Positions 53,558-63,832 of a DNA stretch of 64,000 nucleotides are shown in pieces. This stretch comes from an uncultured delta proteobacterium. GTDB lineage: Bacteria; Myxococcota_A; Polyangia; Haliangiales; Haliangiaceae. The stretch covers positions 1,568,001 to 1,632,000 of the forward strand of contig CAWKDB010000010.1 in NCBI GenBank assembly GCA_963848295.1, read 5' to 3'. Within the stretch, counting starts at the first letter, position 1; each line of letters starts with the position of its first letter. Under the pieces are notes generated by a model. It ran no database searches and was not told where the DNA came from. It worked only from the letters and a program-made list of their open reading frames with translations. The position numbers and the translations under genes are program-made.

Positions 53558-55929
53558 CCTCCGATCGGCTTGCCTGGCGTTTGCGAACCGCGGCGTTCGC
53601 CTGTCTGGCGCTCGCGGCGTGCATCACGGACGGACTCGTGCCGTGCGGCGACGAGCTCTGCCCGATCGGCTCGGTGTGCCTGGAGGGCCTATGCACGACG
53701 AGCGATCAGGCGACCGCGTGTGTTGGCGAGCCCGAAGGGGCGACGTGCTCGACGCCCACGACCACCGGGTACTGCGTCTCCGGAGGTTGTCGCGCGTCGG
53801 TGTGCGGCGACGGCAAGCTCGAGTACGGCGAGGTATGCGACGACGGCAACCAGACCTCCGGCGACGGTTGCTCGGCGCGGTGCGACTCCAACGAGACGTG
53901 CGGAAACAACGTCGTCGACTATGCGGTCGGCGAGCAATGCGACGACGGCAGCTACGGGCTGTCCGGAGATGGCTGCTCGTCGACTTGCAAGCTCGAGCTC
54001 GCGGTGTGGCGCGAGCAGTCCCCGCTCGCGTCGCCGTACGCGCGTGCGAGTCAGGGGATGGCGTACGACAGCGTGCGCGATCGCGTCGTCGTGTTCGGCG
54101 GCGTGCGCGGCGTGACCGGCCAGAACGATACGTGGGAGTGGGACGGGCTCAACTGGATCTTGCGCACGCCGCCGACCTCGCCCAGCCCGCGCGCATCGCC
54201 GGCGACGGCGTACGACTCGGTGCATCATCGCACCGTCATCTTCGGTGGCGAGTTCGGCCCGACGCTGTACAACGACACCTGGCTGTGGGACGGAACGACG
54301 TGGACGCAGGCCGCGACCTCGACCGCGCCATCGCCGCGCACCGACACCGCGGTCGCGTTCGACAAAGCGCGCGGCAGGCTCGTGCTGTTCGGCGGCCGAG
54401 ACAGCAGCGGCATCGTCGGCGACCTCTGGGAGTGGGATGGCGCGGCCTGGCGACAGATCGCGTTCACCGGCGGGCCCCCGGCGCGTCATCTCCACGTGCT
54501 CGCGTACGACGAGGTCCGCGCACGAGTCGTGCTCGTCGGCGGAACGGACGGCACGACCAACTTCACCGACACCTGGGAATGGGATGGCACGACGTGGACG
54601 CAACGCACGCCGGCCACGACCATGCCTGCGGTTCGCATCGCCGCCAGCGCGACCTATGACTCGGATCGCCACGTCGTGGTCGTGTACAGCGGAACGTCGG
54701 GGTCGACGATGCCGCCCGACACCGACACGTGGGAGTGGAGCGGCACCGACTGGGCTCGTCGCACCGCGACCGCCCCGAAACCGCCTGCCGTGTTACTCGG
54801 CGGCGCGGCGTTCGATGCCGTCGCACATGCCACGATCATCTTCGGCGGAAGCACCGCGATCGCCGATAACGCCGAGACGTGGGCGTTGAACGCCAGCGGG
54901 TGGCAAGAGCTCGATCACGCGTCGCCGTTGCCGCGAATCAACGCCGGATTCGTCGACGAGCCGACGCGCGGGTTCGTGCTGATGTTCGGCGGTCTGGACG
55001 GGCTGACTGCGCTGAACGACACCTGGGAATGGGATGGCACGAACTGGCTCCAGCGGGTGCCGGCGACATCGCCCTCGCCGCGCAGGCACGTCTCGCTCGC
55101 GTACGATGCGTCGCGCGATCGCGTCGTGATGTTCGGTGGCCTACAAAACTCGACTGCGCTCGGCGACACCTGGCAATGGGACGGCAGCGTGTGGACGCAG
55201 CTGACCGTGGCCGCGTCACCGTCGCCGCGTGCCGGGCATCGGCTCGTCTACGACGCAGCGCACGAGCGCACGATCCTCTTCGGCGGCACCGACGCCACGA
55301 ACACCGTGCTCGCCGACACGTGGATGTTCGATGGCACGACGTGGACACAGCTGACGCCGGCGCACAGCCCACCGCCGACCACGGAGTTCTCGTTCACGTA
55401 CGATCCCGATCGGCAGGTCGCCGTGCTGTGGAAGGATCCGACGACCGGCATCTGGCTGTGGGATGGAACCGACTGGACCGAGCACGACAACTCGAATCTG
55501 CCCTCGGACGCGGTCCTCGCGTATCACGCGAAGCGCCACAGCATGATCGCGTTCGGTGGCGACACCCCGGGCGCGACGCTCGTCGGCGAGACCTGGGAAT
55601 CGTTCGACGACACGACGTGGACGCTCCAGACCCCGGCGGCGTCGCCACCCGAACGCGTCGATCACGGGTTGGCGTACGACGCCGCACGCGGTCAGCTCTT
55701 GCTGTACGGAGGATTCACGTCGCAGGAAACCGAGGTCGGGGATACGTGGACCTATGGCCTCGAGTCCGGCACGCCGCCGGACCAGTGTGAGGGCGTCGAC
55801 ACCGATGGCGATGGCCTTGTCGGCTGCGCCGATCCCGACTGCGCCGCGCGGTGCGCGTACTGCGGCGATGGGACGTGCGAGCTCGTCGAAGACTATCTGC
55901 TGTGTCCGATCGACTGTGCGCCGCCCTAG
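53554..55929 (+). CDS. Lipoprotein with myxobacterial Cys-rich (DUF4215-type) repeats and 12 Kelch-like repeats
   Basis: [16 protein letters not shown] twice; repeated AYD..R..FGG..DTWEWDG..W; ATGA overlap with the GH5 gene. Confidence 0.85.
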   Translation: MTSDRLAWRLRTAAFACLALAACITDGLVPCGDELCPIGSVCLEGLCTTSDQATACVGEPEGATCSTPTTTGYCVSGGCRASVCGDGKLEYGEVCDDGNQTSGDGCSARCDSNETCGNNVVDYAVGEQCDDGSYGLSGDGCSSTCKLELAVWREQSPLASPYARASQGMAYDSVRDRVVVFGGVRGVTGQNDTWEWDGLNWILRTPPTSPSPRASPATAYDSVHHRTVIFGGEFGPTLYNDTWLWDGTTWTQAATSTAPSPRTDTAVAFDKARGRLVLFGGRDSSGIVGDLWEWDGAAWRQIAFTGGPPARHLHVLAYDEVRARVVLVGGTDGTTNFTDTWEWDGTTWTQRTPATTMPAVRIAASATYDSDRHVVVVYSGTSGSTMPPDTDTWEWSGTDWARRTATAPKPPAVLLGGAAFDAVAHATIIFGGSTAIADNAETWALNASGWQELDHASPLPRINAGFVDEPTRGFVLMFGGLDGLTALNDTWEWDGTNWLQRVPATSPSPRRHVSLAYDASRDRVVMFGGLQNSTALGDTWQWDGSVWTQLTVAASPSPRAGHRLVYDAAHERTILFGGTDATNTVLADTWMFDGTTWTQLTPAHSPPPTTEFSFTYDPDRQVAVLWKDPTTGIWLWDGTDWTEHDNSNLPSDAVLAYHAKRHSMIAFGGDTPGATLVGETWESFDDTTWTLQTPAASPPERVDHGLAYDAARGQLLLYGGFTSQETEVGDTWTYGLESGTPPDQCEGVDTDGDGLVGCADPDCAARCAYCGDGTCELVEDYLLCPIDCAPP

Positions 55930-55984
55930 CGGCCGCGACGCCGACTCGACCCGGCCTCGATGTAGGATCTTGCGACTGGTTCTT

Positions 55985-56000
55985 TGGCATGCGGCCTGCT
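55985..56000 (+). promoter_or_regulatory. Sigma54 -24/-12 promoter
   Basis: TGGCATGCGGCCTGCT; 13 nt from the -12 C to ATG 56013. Confidence 0.55.
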
Positions 56001-56012
56001 TTACCAAACCCG

Positions 56013-57230
56013 ATGAGCCCGAGGTCGTTCATCCTGGCTGCCCTGCTCGGATGCGGGCACCCGGGCGCCGGTTCCCCCGACACCCCGGCGGCCGACACCC
56101 CGGCGGCCGACACGCGGAGCAGCGACGCCGGCCTCACGACGCTGGACTGCGTCGCGAACGATCCCGCGTGTCCGGAGCTCGCGATCATGGGCGACTCGCC
56201 GTCGGGCGAAGCGTTCACCGGCTTCGCCGATCCGACGATCCGGCGTGACGGGGCTCGACTGTGGCTCGCCTACTCGTCCGCTCACACCACGCCGGCCGAC
56301 GTGATCGACGTCCGCCTCGCGCACAGCGACGACGAGGGGGCGACCTGGCAGTTCGACACCGTGCTGTGGCCCACCGTGCAGGTCACGAATCCGATCACGA
56401 ACACCGCGAACTATACGTCGAGCGAGGTCGCGAACCTCGCGACCGACGGCGCCGGGACCTGGTACGGCATCCGCGCGACGTACCTGGTCGATCCGGCGAA
56501 GGCGCAGTACGCGCAACCCGGGACCAGCGGGATGACGATCACGACGGCTTCTTCGCCGTCGGGGCTCGCGACCGCGCCGTCGGCGCTGCTCGGCAGCACG
56601 TTGACCAACGCGAAGATGAACCCCGCCGTCGATCTCCACGCGCTGTCGCCCGCTCTCGCCCACTGCGATCTGTTCAACGAGCCCGCGCTGATCGTACGCG
56701 GTGGCACGCTCTATCTGCTCGCGCAGTGCCTGTCGTACAACGGCCTGACGTACGATCCGAGCAGCGACTTCTACGCCGTGTTCGCGACGCAGCCGAGCGG
56801 CGCACCGGCCACCTGGACCTGGCGCTACGCCGGCGCGTTCGGCACGCACGCAGACGCCGAGGCGCTCGACGGGCATACGTACTGGGTGCAGCTCGATATC
56901 GCGACCGCGCTCGACGGCACGCTGCTCGCGATCGTGACTCCCAGCGAGTTCGACACCGCGGATGTCGTCGACATCCACTTCGGCTGCCGCGCGATCGAGC
57001 TCGCCGCGCTCGATCCTCCGGTGCTCGCCCGCGATGCCACGGGTGCGCCGGTCCTGCGCGCGTCGGTCACCGCGTCGGATCTCGCGCAACCGGACGGCTA
57101 CGGCCCGGGAGCATGCAGCTACGATCCGAGCTCGACTACCGGCATCCTGCTCGTGCGTCGCACCGGCCTCGTGATCGGCGAGAGCATCGGTGTGTTCACG
57201 CTGCACCGCACGGGTGTCCTCGCGCCGTGA
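56013..57230 (+). CDS. Lipoprotein, probable beta-propeller glycosidase/sialidase-like
   Basis: Lipobox LLGC; FADPTI, Asp-box SDDEGATW, NEPAL; (DTPAA)2 repeat near the N-terminus. Confidence 0.6.
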   Translation: MSPRSFILAALLGCGHPGAGSPDTPAADTPAADTRSSDAGLTTLDCVANDPACPELAIMGDSPSGEAFTGFADPTIRRDGARLWLAYSSAHTTPADVIDVRLAHSDDEGATWQFDTVLWPTVQVTNPITNTANYTSSEVANLATDGAGTWYGIRATYLVDPAKAQYAQPGTSGMTITTASSPSGLATAPSALLGSTLTNAKMNPAVDLHALSPALAHCDLFNEPALIVRGGTLYLLAQCLSYNGLTYDPSSDFYAVFATQPSGAPATWTWRYAGAFGTHADAEALDGHTYWVQLDIATALDGTLLAIVTPSEFDTADVVDIHFGCRAIELAALDPPVLARDATGAPVLRASVTASDLAQPDGYGPGACSYDPSSTTGILLVRRTGLVIGESIGVFTLHRTGVLAP

Positions 57231-57305
57231 GCGCGTGTCTCGATTTCCACCACAGCACTGAGGTTCGAGCCGGGCGATGTCGCAGCGGTCGAGTAAGCTG
57301 GCCGC

Positions 57306-60300
57306 GTGTCCCTCGTCCAGGCTCTGACCACCGCACAGCTGCGCGCGCGCGCCGGCCGCGGGTTCGAGCGCGGCGAGCGCTATTGGCGGCAAGGCCGAGT
57401 CAGCTCGTATGTCTCGCGCCCGGATCTCGTCACCGGGATCGTTCATGGCAGCGAGGCCTACCACGTGCGGTTGCTCGCGCGCGGCAAGCAGCTCGAGGCG
57501 GACTGCACGTGCCCGGTCGGCGTGCGCGGTGAGATGTGCAAGCACGCGGTCGCGCTCGCGCTCCACCATCTCGCGGTTGGCGGAGCCGCGAATCGCGTCG
57601 TGGCCGCCACCGCGAGCGCCTTCGCGACCCGCGCCGAGCTCGACGCCTGGGCGAGCGCGCATCGCGTCGAGTTCGAGCTCGACGTCACCGCCGAGGTGAT
57701 CGCGCCCGAGCTCGAGCCATTCCATGCGAGCGCGTGGCACCTGCGGCGCGAGCTCGCGCTCGTCCGGTTGCGCGACGTCGGATCGATCGAAGGTACGAGC
57801 CGGATGTTCGGCGACGCGGCGTTGTGCCAGCGCGCCGCGGAGGTCGTGGCGCATCGGCTCGAGCAGACCGCCGCCGACATCGCGACCGGCATCGCCGAGG
57901 AGCGCGAGCGTGCATCGACGTCGGGGGCTCGCCCCCCGACATCAGCATCGCCGGATGGCGCTGCGGTTAGATCGACCGGTGATGCGCTGCGGACGGCGCT
58001 CGTCGAGTTGCGCCGCCGCCTGCGCGCGAAGGCCGTGCCGCGATCGCGAGCCGCGCGCGCGACCGGTGCGTGGAGCTTCGACCGCGAAGGGCTCGCGATC
58101 GAATGGCGCGAGCCGATCAAGCTGCGCGGTCCGAGCTACACGATCGTGCCGGTCGTCGCGCGGCTCCGGCTCGAGCCGACCCCGGCCACGGCATGCGCGT
58201 GCCGGCTGCCGGCATGTACGCACGCGATCGCGCTGATCGACGCGACGCTCGATCGCCTCGAGGCGGACGATCCCGCGGCGCGCGAGGCCGCGCTCGAGCT
58301 CGGCCGTCCGCCGTGGCAGCGCGCGCTCGCCGCGCTTGCCGCCGACGAGGCGACCACGAAGCCGCTGGCTCGCGTCGAAGTATGGTGGGAGATCGATCAA
58401 GAGCTCGGCAACCTCGCGGTCACACCCGTCGTCAAGCGCGAGCTCAAGAAGGGTGGGATGTCGGCGGGCACTCGGATCAGCGCGGTGCGCCTGCTGCGCG
58501 ACCACGGCACCACGCTGTCCGATCGCGACCGCGAGATCGCGGCCCACATCGACAGTTGGCGGGCCGGACCCGCGACGAGCTATCCGGTCGGTGCCTTCGC
58601 GGCGTTGATCGGCCACCCGCGCGTGATGTTCGCCGGCGATCCGATCGCGGTGCGCCGGTGCCCGCTCGGCTTCACCGCCGTCGATCTAACCGCATCGCCA
58701 TCCGGCGATGCTGCCGTCCGGGGGCAAGCCCCGGCCGGCGTGGCCGGCGGCGACATCCGGCTCGAGCCCTCGGTCGATGGCGCACGATTCTCGCCGCGCC
58801 TGCTCGCGCCGCTGCTCGAGACGTTTCCGCCGAACGAGCCGTTGATCGTGCTCGAGCCCGAGCACGGGCGGTGCACGATGATCGACGTCGGGGAGCACGC
58901 GCGCCGCGTGTGGGCGGTCCTGGCGCGCCACGGCGATACGTTCCCGCCCGAGGCACACGCGCAGTTGTTCGACCGCCTCGCGAAGCTCGAGCACAAGCTG
59001 CCGGTCGGCGTGCCGACGTCGTTGCTCGGCGACGAGATCTTCGAGCCGACGACCGTCGTGCTCCGGTTGAGACTGCAACCCGATACCTCGCTCGAGCTCG
59101 AGCCGTTCGTCCGCGCTGCCGACGGCGCGCCGCTCTATCCTGCCGGCGTCGGCCCGCGCGACGTCATGATCGCACGCGACGGCAAGCGCAGCTACGTCCG
59201 CCGCGAGCTCGGGATCGAACGGGCGAAGGTCGACGCCGCGCTCGCCGCGTTGCCGCTCGCGACCGCTGAAGCGGGCCCGCCGAACTGCTACCGGATCGAG
59301 GAGCCGGACGCGGCGCTCACCGTGGTCGCCGCGGTGCAGACGCTCCCGGCTGGCGTCGTCGCGGAGTGGGTCGACGCGCGCGCCCGGATCGTGGCATCCG
59401 CGGGCTTGCCGCAGTTGCGCGTCGCGATCGAGGCGAAGCGCGATTGGTTCGGGATGACCGGCGGCGTCACGGTCGAAGCCGGCCGGATCGAGCTCGCGGT
59501 GTTGCTCGATGCAGCCCGCCGGCAGCAGCGGTTCGTCCGGCTCGACGAGCACCGCTGGGTCGAGCTCGCGGCGGCGTTGCGCACGCGGCTCGGCGAGCTC
59601 GCGGACCGCACGTTCGAGGCGACCGGTGGGCAGCTCGAGGTTTCGGTCGCGGCGGTGCCGGCGGTGCGCGCGCTCGCCGACGAAGGCGCGCAGGTCGACT
59701 CGGCCGCCACGTGGCAGCAGCTCGCGACCAAGCTGGCCGCGGCGACGAAGCTGCGCCCTCGCCCGCCGAAGGCGCTGAACGCGACGCTGCGGCCGTATCA
59801 GATCGAAGGTCACGCGTGGCTGTCGCGGCTCGCCGCATGGGGCGCCGGCGCGTGCCTCGCCGATGACATGGGCCTGGGCAAGACCGTGCAGGCGATCGCG
59901 CTGCTCGTCGACCGCGCGGCCGCAGGCCCTGCGCTCGTGCTCGCACCGACCTCGGTCAGCTTGAACTGGCTCGACGAGCTGCGCCGGTTCGCGCCGACGC
60001 TGAACCCGATCGTCTACGGCGAGGCGAGCGACCGGATCGCGACGCTCGCGACGCTCGGCAAGCACGACGTGTTGATCGCGAGCTACGGCCTGATGACCCG
60101 CGACATCGAGCCGCTCGCTCGCATCAAGTTCGCGACGCTGGTCGCCGACGAGGCCCAGGCGCTGAAGAACCCGCGGACCGAGCGCTCCCGGGCGGCGCGC
60201 GCGATCGATGCCGAGTTCCGCGTCGCGCTGTCCGGCACGCCGCTCGAGAATCATCTCGGCGAGCTGTGGTCGCTGTTCTCGATCGCGTTTCCCGGCTTGC

Positions 60301-61172
60301 TCGGGAGCTGGGAGCAGTTTCGCTCGCGGTTCGCCGTGCCGATCGAGCGCAACAACAACCCCGAGGCGCGCGCCGCGCTCGCGCACTTGATCCGCCCGTT
60401 CCTGCTCCGCCGCACGAAGGCCGAGGTCGCGCCCGACCTGCCGCCGCGCACCGAGATCGGCGTGCCGATCGCGCTGTCGACCGAGGAGCGAGAGCTGTAC
60501 GAAGATGCTCGGCTCGCCGCGGTCGCCCACCTCGACAAGCTCGCGAAGCGAGGTGACCGCGACGAACGCCGCCGGTTCCAAGTGCTCGCGGCGTTGACTC
60601 GCCTGCGGCTGCTCGCGTCGCATCCGAAGCTCTACGACGCGACGTCGGCGGTGAGCTCGTCGAAGATGCAGCGCTTGCTCGAGCTCGTCGAGGAGCTGCG
60701 CGCCGAAGGCCATCGCACGCTCGTGTTCAGCCAGTTCACGTCACACCTCGCGCTCGTGCGCGAAGAGCTCGAACGCGCAGGCGTCTCGGTGCTGTACCTC
60801 GATGGCGCGACCCCCACGGCGACGCGCCGCACGTTGATCGAGCGGTTCCAGGCGGGCGAGGCGACCGCGTTCCTGATCTCGCTCAAGGCCGGCGGCACCG
60901 GCATCAACTTGACCGGCGCGGACAACGTGATCCATCTCGATCCTTGGTGGAATCCCGCGGTCGAGGATCAAGCGACCGATCGCGCGCATCGCATCGGCCA
61001 GGACAAGCCGGTCACGGTCTATCGGCTGATCGCCCGTGGCACGGTCGAGGAGAAGATCCTCGCGATGCACGCGACGAAGCGCGCCCTCGTCGCCGGCGTG
61101 CTCGCAGGCACCGATGCCGCCGCACGGCTCACGACCGGCGACCTCGTCGACCTGATCGCGGCGCGAGCGTAG
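57306..61172 (+). CDS. SWIM zinc-finger SNF2-family helicase/ATPase
   Basis: CTCP..CKH and a second CAC..CTH; LADDMGLGKT, DEAQ, SGTPLEN, LVFSQF, DPWWNPAVEDQATDRAHRIGQ. Confidence 0.95.
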   Translation: MSLVQALTTAQLRARAGRGFERGERYWRQGRVSSYVSRPDLVTGIVHGSEAYHVRLLARGKQLEADCTCPVGVRGEMCKHAVALALHHLAVGGAANRVVAATASAFATRAELDAWASAHRVEFELDVTAEVIAPELEPFHASAWHLRRELALVRLRDVGSIEGTSRMFGDAALCQRAAEVVAHRLEQTAADIATGIAEERERASTSGARPPTSASPDGAAVRSTGDALRTALVELRRRLRAKAVPRSRAARATGAWSFDREGLAIEWREPIKLRGPSYTIVPVVARLRLEPTPATACACRLPACTHAIALIDATLDRLEADDPAAREAALELGRPPWQRALAALAADEATTKPLARVEVWWEIDQELGNLAVTPVVKRELKKGGMSAGTRISAVRLLRDHGTTLSDRDREIAAHIDSWRAGPATSYPVGAFAALIGHPRVMFAGDPIAVRRCPLGFTAVDLTASPSGDAAVRGQAPAGVAGGDIRLEPSVDGARFSPRLLAPLLETFPPNEPLIVLEPEHGRCTMIDVGEHARRVWAVLARHGDTFPPEAHAQLFDRLAKLEHKLPVGVPTSLLGDEIFEPTTVVLRLRLQPDTSLELEPFVRAADGAPLYPAGVGPRDVMIARDGKRSYVRRELGIERAKVDAALAALPLATAEAGPPNCYRIEEPDAALTVVAAVQTLPAGVVAEWVDARARIVASAGLPQLRVAIEAKRDWFGMTGGVTVEAGRIELAVLLDAARRQQRFVRLDEHRWVELAAALRTRLGELADRTFEATGGQLEVSVAAVPAVRALADEGAQVDSAATWQQLATKLAAATKLRPRPPKALNATLRPYQIEGHAWLSRLAAWGAGACLADDMGLGKTVQAIALLVDRAAAGPALVLAPTSVSLNWLDELRRFAPTLNPIVYGEASDRIATLATLGKHDVLIASYGLMTRDIEPLARIKFATLVADEAQALKNPRTERSRAARAIDAEFRVALSGTPLENHLGELWSLFSIAFPGLLGSWEQFRSRFAVPIERNNNPEARAALAHLIRPFLLRRTKAEVAPDLPPRTEIGVPIALSTEERELYEDARLAAVAHLDKLAKRGDRDERRRFQVLAALTRLRLLASHPKLYDATSAVSSSKMQRLLELVEELRAEGHRTLVFSQFTSHLALVREELERAGVSVLYLDGATPTATRRTLIERFQAGEATAFLISLKAGGTGINLTGADNVIHLDPWWNPAVEDQATDRAHRIGQDKPVTVYRLIARGTVEEKILAMHATKRALVAGVLAGTDAAARLTTGDLVDLIAARA
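57914..57976 (-). repeat. 57-bp structured intragenic repeat, copy C (antisense within the SNF2 gene)
   Basis: GTCGATCTAACCGCAGCGCCATCCGGCGATGCTGATGTCGGGGGGCGAGCCCCCGAC followed by GTCGAT. Confidence 0.85.
58680..58736 (+). repeat. 57-bp structured intragenic repeat, copy B
   Basis: GTCGATCTAACCGCATCGCCATCCGGCGATGCTGCCGTCCGGGGGCAAGCCCCGGCC; 33/34 identical to copy C over the first 34 nt. Confidence 0.85.
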
Positions 61173-61185
61173 TGCGCGCGCTCGG

Positions 61186-62421
61186 TCAATCCGCGTCAGC
61201 GCCAAGCGCTGCTCCCGAGACGACGCCCGCGTCCTCACTTGCGCTGAGCGACGTTCGGACTCCAGGGAGCGAAGCTCGGCCTGTGACCGATGCGGTTGGA
61301 TCGATGATCGCGAGCACGCGGGCGGCCGGCACGCGACGAGTGAACGGCACGACCGGCGCACCGGCGGGTAACTGCATGGCATCCGCGGCGCGGCTCGCGT
61401 CGATGCAGAGGATCACGCGCACGTTCGCCGCGGCGTAGAGCTCGAGCTTGCGAGCGAGATAATTCGGCGTCCAGAACCCGACGATCTCGATCGACCAGCG
61501 CGTGTCATCGCGCTCGAGCACGAGATCGGGAAACGCAAACGAGCTCGCGACCGCGATCGGCGGTGGCTCGCTCACCACGGTCCACTGCGGCGCGTGCTTC
61601 GCGAGATCGGCGGCGAGTCGCTGCTCGACCGCGCGCCGCACTCCGCCCCTTGCATCGTAGCCCGGCAGCATGATCGGCGGCGCGATCCGGACGATCGTGG
61701 GGCTCGGCGACGGCGGAAGGTCGCAGCGCGCGATCAGCTCGAACGACTCGCAAGCGGCGAGCGCGGGGACGAGCGAGCCGAGCGCGCGGCCATACACCGC
61801 GGTGCGATGAAACAGCGCCAGTGGTCCCGACACGACGACCTCGACCATGTCGCCGCTCGCATGCGCACTCGCGATCAGACCGCGCCTGATCGCGCCGCGG
61901 ACGAGCGACCGCGAGCCGTCCGGCACGCGCAAGCGGAGCTCGTGACAGCGCAGCAGACAGCGTTGGATGATCGCGAGGTTCGCAGCGGCCGCGACGGCGA
62001 GCTCCGAGGGCCGCCCGAGCGGCAGCGAGATCGTACGCTCGTCCCACAAGTCGGCCCACATCAGCTGCTCGAAGTCCGCGTCCGACACGACGAGCTGCTC
62101 GGCTGCCGCCCGGATCCGGGTCGCGCGCTCGCGTTCGTCGAGCGCGAGCCGGCCGAGCAGGCGACTACGCATCTCGGGGGAGACCAGATCGTGGTGCACG
62201 CGGCCTCCGAGCAGCCGGCGCAGCGCGTGGACGATCGCGGCACGGCGCGCCGGCGAGCCGACCACCGGGATCGCGGCGATCGACTCGATCCATTCGCGCC
62301 ACGGCCGGCCGACCGCGCCGACAAATGCGTCCACGAGCTCGGCGATCCACGGCACGTCGGTGTCGTCGAGCAACTCGAGCGTCGCATCGCCGCCGTGATG
62401 GCGAACCGGCAGCGACCTCAC
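61186..62421 (-). CDS. DUF790 family (Bax1-like) PD-(D/E)xK-type endonuclease
   Basis: WADL..E, NLAIIQ..L, SGPLALF..T..YG, FPDL..EIVGFWTPNYLARKL; GTGA overlap with the helicase. Confidence 0.85.
   Translation of the reverse strand: MRSLPVRHHGGDATLELLDDTDVPWIAELVDAFVGAVGRPWREWIESIAAIPVVGSPARRAAIVHALRRLLGGRVHHDLVSPEMRSRLLGRLALDERERATRIRAAAEQLVVSDADFEQLMWADLWDERTISLPLGRPSELAVAAAANLAIIQRCLLRCHELRLRVPDGSRSLVRGAIRRGLIASAHASGDMVEVVVSGPLALFHRTAVYGRALGSLVPALAACESFELIARCDLPPSPSPTIVRIAPPIMLPGYDARGGVRRAVEQRLAADLAKHAPQWTVVSEPPPIAVASSFAFPDLVLERDDTRWSIEIVGFWTPNYLARKLELYAAANVRVILCIDASRAADAMQLPAGAPVVPFTRRVPAARVLAIIDPTASVTGRASLPGVRTSLSASEDAGVVSGAALGADAD
61274..61305 (-). repeat. Degenerate 5' part of the structured repeat in the DUF790 C-terminal tail
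   Basis: ATCGATCCAACCGCATCG (16/18 to copy B) followed by hairpin GCATCGGT-CACAG-GCCGAGC. Confidence 0.4.
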
Positions 62422-63782
62422 GACATCACCGCCGTCGTCGCGCTGCCGATCGCCCGGCGTCGCCGCCGCACGCTGTCGACATCGACCGTGCGTGACACCG
62501 CGAGCTCGTAGACGTGCGCGCGCTTGCCCGGCGCGGGGCGCAATACGCGACCGATGCGCTGGACGTGGCGCCGCCCGCTGCCCGATCCGCCGAGGATGAT
62601 CGCGATCTCGGCCTCCGGGACATCGAGCCCCTCGTCGAGCACCTGCGCGGAGACCAGCACGTTGATCTCGCCGGCGACGAACCGAGCGAGTGCGCGCGTC
62701 CGCTCCTTGCGGCCGATCTCGTGCGTGATCGGGTAGACCAGGAATTCGCGCGCGACGTCGTATGCGGTCCGATTGTCATGGGTGAACACGAGCGTCCGCC
62801 GATCGCGGTGACGCGCGAGCAACTCGCGCAGGACGCGCCGCTTGTCCGCCGGATACGCGAGCAGCGCCTTCGACGCACGCCACGCGGCGAGCGCCCGCCG
62901 CCCTTCGGGGGTTCGCGTCGCCGCCTTGACGAACGCGTCCCACGTCGCGCCTGGCTGGCGTCGCTGCAACGCCGAGAACGCGACGGCGAACACCGCGCGC
63001 GCGGCGTCGTAGCGTTCGCGCTCGCTCGGCTCGAGTCGGATCGGGATCGTCGTCAAGTCGAACTCGGCGAGCGCATCGCCGACCAGATCATCGATCGCGA
63101 GCGAGAAGACGACCGGCCCGATCGCGCGTTCGAGCGCCGCGGCGGAATCGCCGTCGGGCGGCGTCGCGGTCAGCCCGAGTCGCGCTGGCGCGACCAGCAT
63201 CTCGAGCAGCTCGGTCGGACACTCGGCGCCGACGTGATGCGCTTCGTCGACGATCACCAGCCCGAACCGATCGCCGATCGTCGGCGCCCACTTGATCGCG
63301 CTCGCATAGGTCGCCACCGTCACCGACGTGACCCGATGATCGCCGTCGCCGAGCCGGCCGATGTTGTCGAGGTGAAGCGCGAGCACGGTCGCCCATTGAT
63401 CGAGCAAGACGCGAGTCGGCACCAAGCACAGGGCGGAGACGCCGCATTCCGCGATCGCGGCGGTCGCGATCCGCGTCTTGCCCGCGCCGGTAGGCAGCGC
63501 GATCACGCCGTGGCGATGCGCTGCGGACCAGGCGGTCAGCGCTTCGCGCTGGTACCAGCGCAGGTCGGGCGCGGCTGCGATCGCTGTCCGGTGGTCCGGC
63601 GTCGTGTCCGAATACCGGACGCTTCCGTCCGCAAATCGGCCGAGCAGCGACGCATAGGCCTGAGCTGGTGCGCGCCACGTTTGCACGCGCGGATCCCACA
63701 CAACACCTGGAAGTTGCGCGGGATCGAGCCCGCTACTCGCACGATCGACGAGGATCGTGCCGCGATCGAATCGGATCTGCAT
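62418..63782 (-). CDS. XPB/Rad25-like superfamily 2 DNA helicase
   Basis: FDRGT..WDPR N-terminus, LRWYQREA, LPTGAGKT, DEAHH, LGLTATP, VLDEGLDVP, QRIGRVLR. Confidence 0.9.
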   Translation of the reverse strand: MQIRFDRGTILVDRASSGLDPAQLPGVVWDPRVQTWRAPAQAYASLLGRFADGSVRYSDTTPDHRTAIAAAPDLRWYQREALTAWSAAHRHGVIALPTGAGKTRIATAAIAECGVSALCLVPTRVLLDQWATVLALHLDNIGRLGDGDHRVTSVTVATYASAIKWAPTIGDRFGLVIVDEAHHVGAECPTELLEMLVAPARLGLTATPPDGDSAAALERAIGPVVFSLAIDDLVGDALAEFDLTTIPIRLEPSERERYDAARAVFAVAFSALQRRQPGATWDAFVKAATRTPEGRRALAAWRASKALLAYPADKRRVLRELLARHRDRRTLVFTHDNRTAYDVAREFLVYPITHEIGRKERTRALARFVAGEINVLVSAQVLDEGLDVPEAEIAIILGGSGSGRRHVQRIGRVLRPAPGKRAHVYELAVSRTVDVDSVRRRRRAIGSATTAVMS

Positions 63783-63794
63783 GCGGCGACGAAC

Positions 63795-63810
63795 AGCAAC
63801 GCGCGTGCCG
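63795..63810 (-). promoter_or_regulatory. Near-consensus sigma54 -24/-12 promoter for the XPB-DUF790 operon
   Basis: CGGCACGCGCGTTGCT; 13 nt from the -12 C to ATG 63782. Confidence 0.7.
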
Positions 63811-63832
63811 AGCTGTCGGTCATACTGCGGTG

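Noticed and set aside
54040..55760. Regularly spaced GACACCTGGGAATGGGATGGCACGA-like repeats resembling a CRISPR array
   Set aside because: They encode Kelch-like DTWEWDG protein repeats about 150 nt apart with synonymous variation; no cas genes.
56077..56113. 15-bp tandem duplication encoding DTPAA
   Set aside because: Ordinary low-complexity lipoprotein linker.
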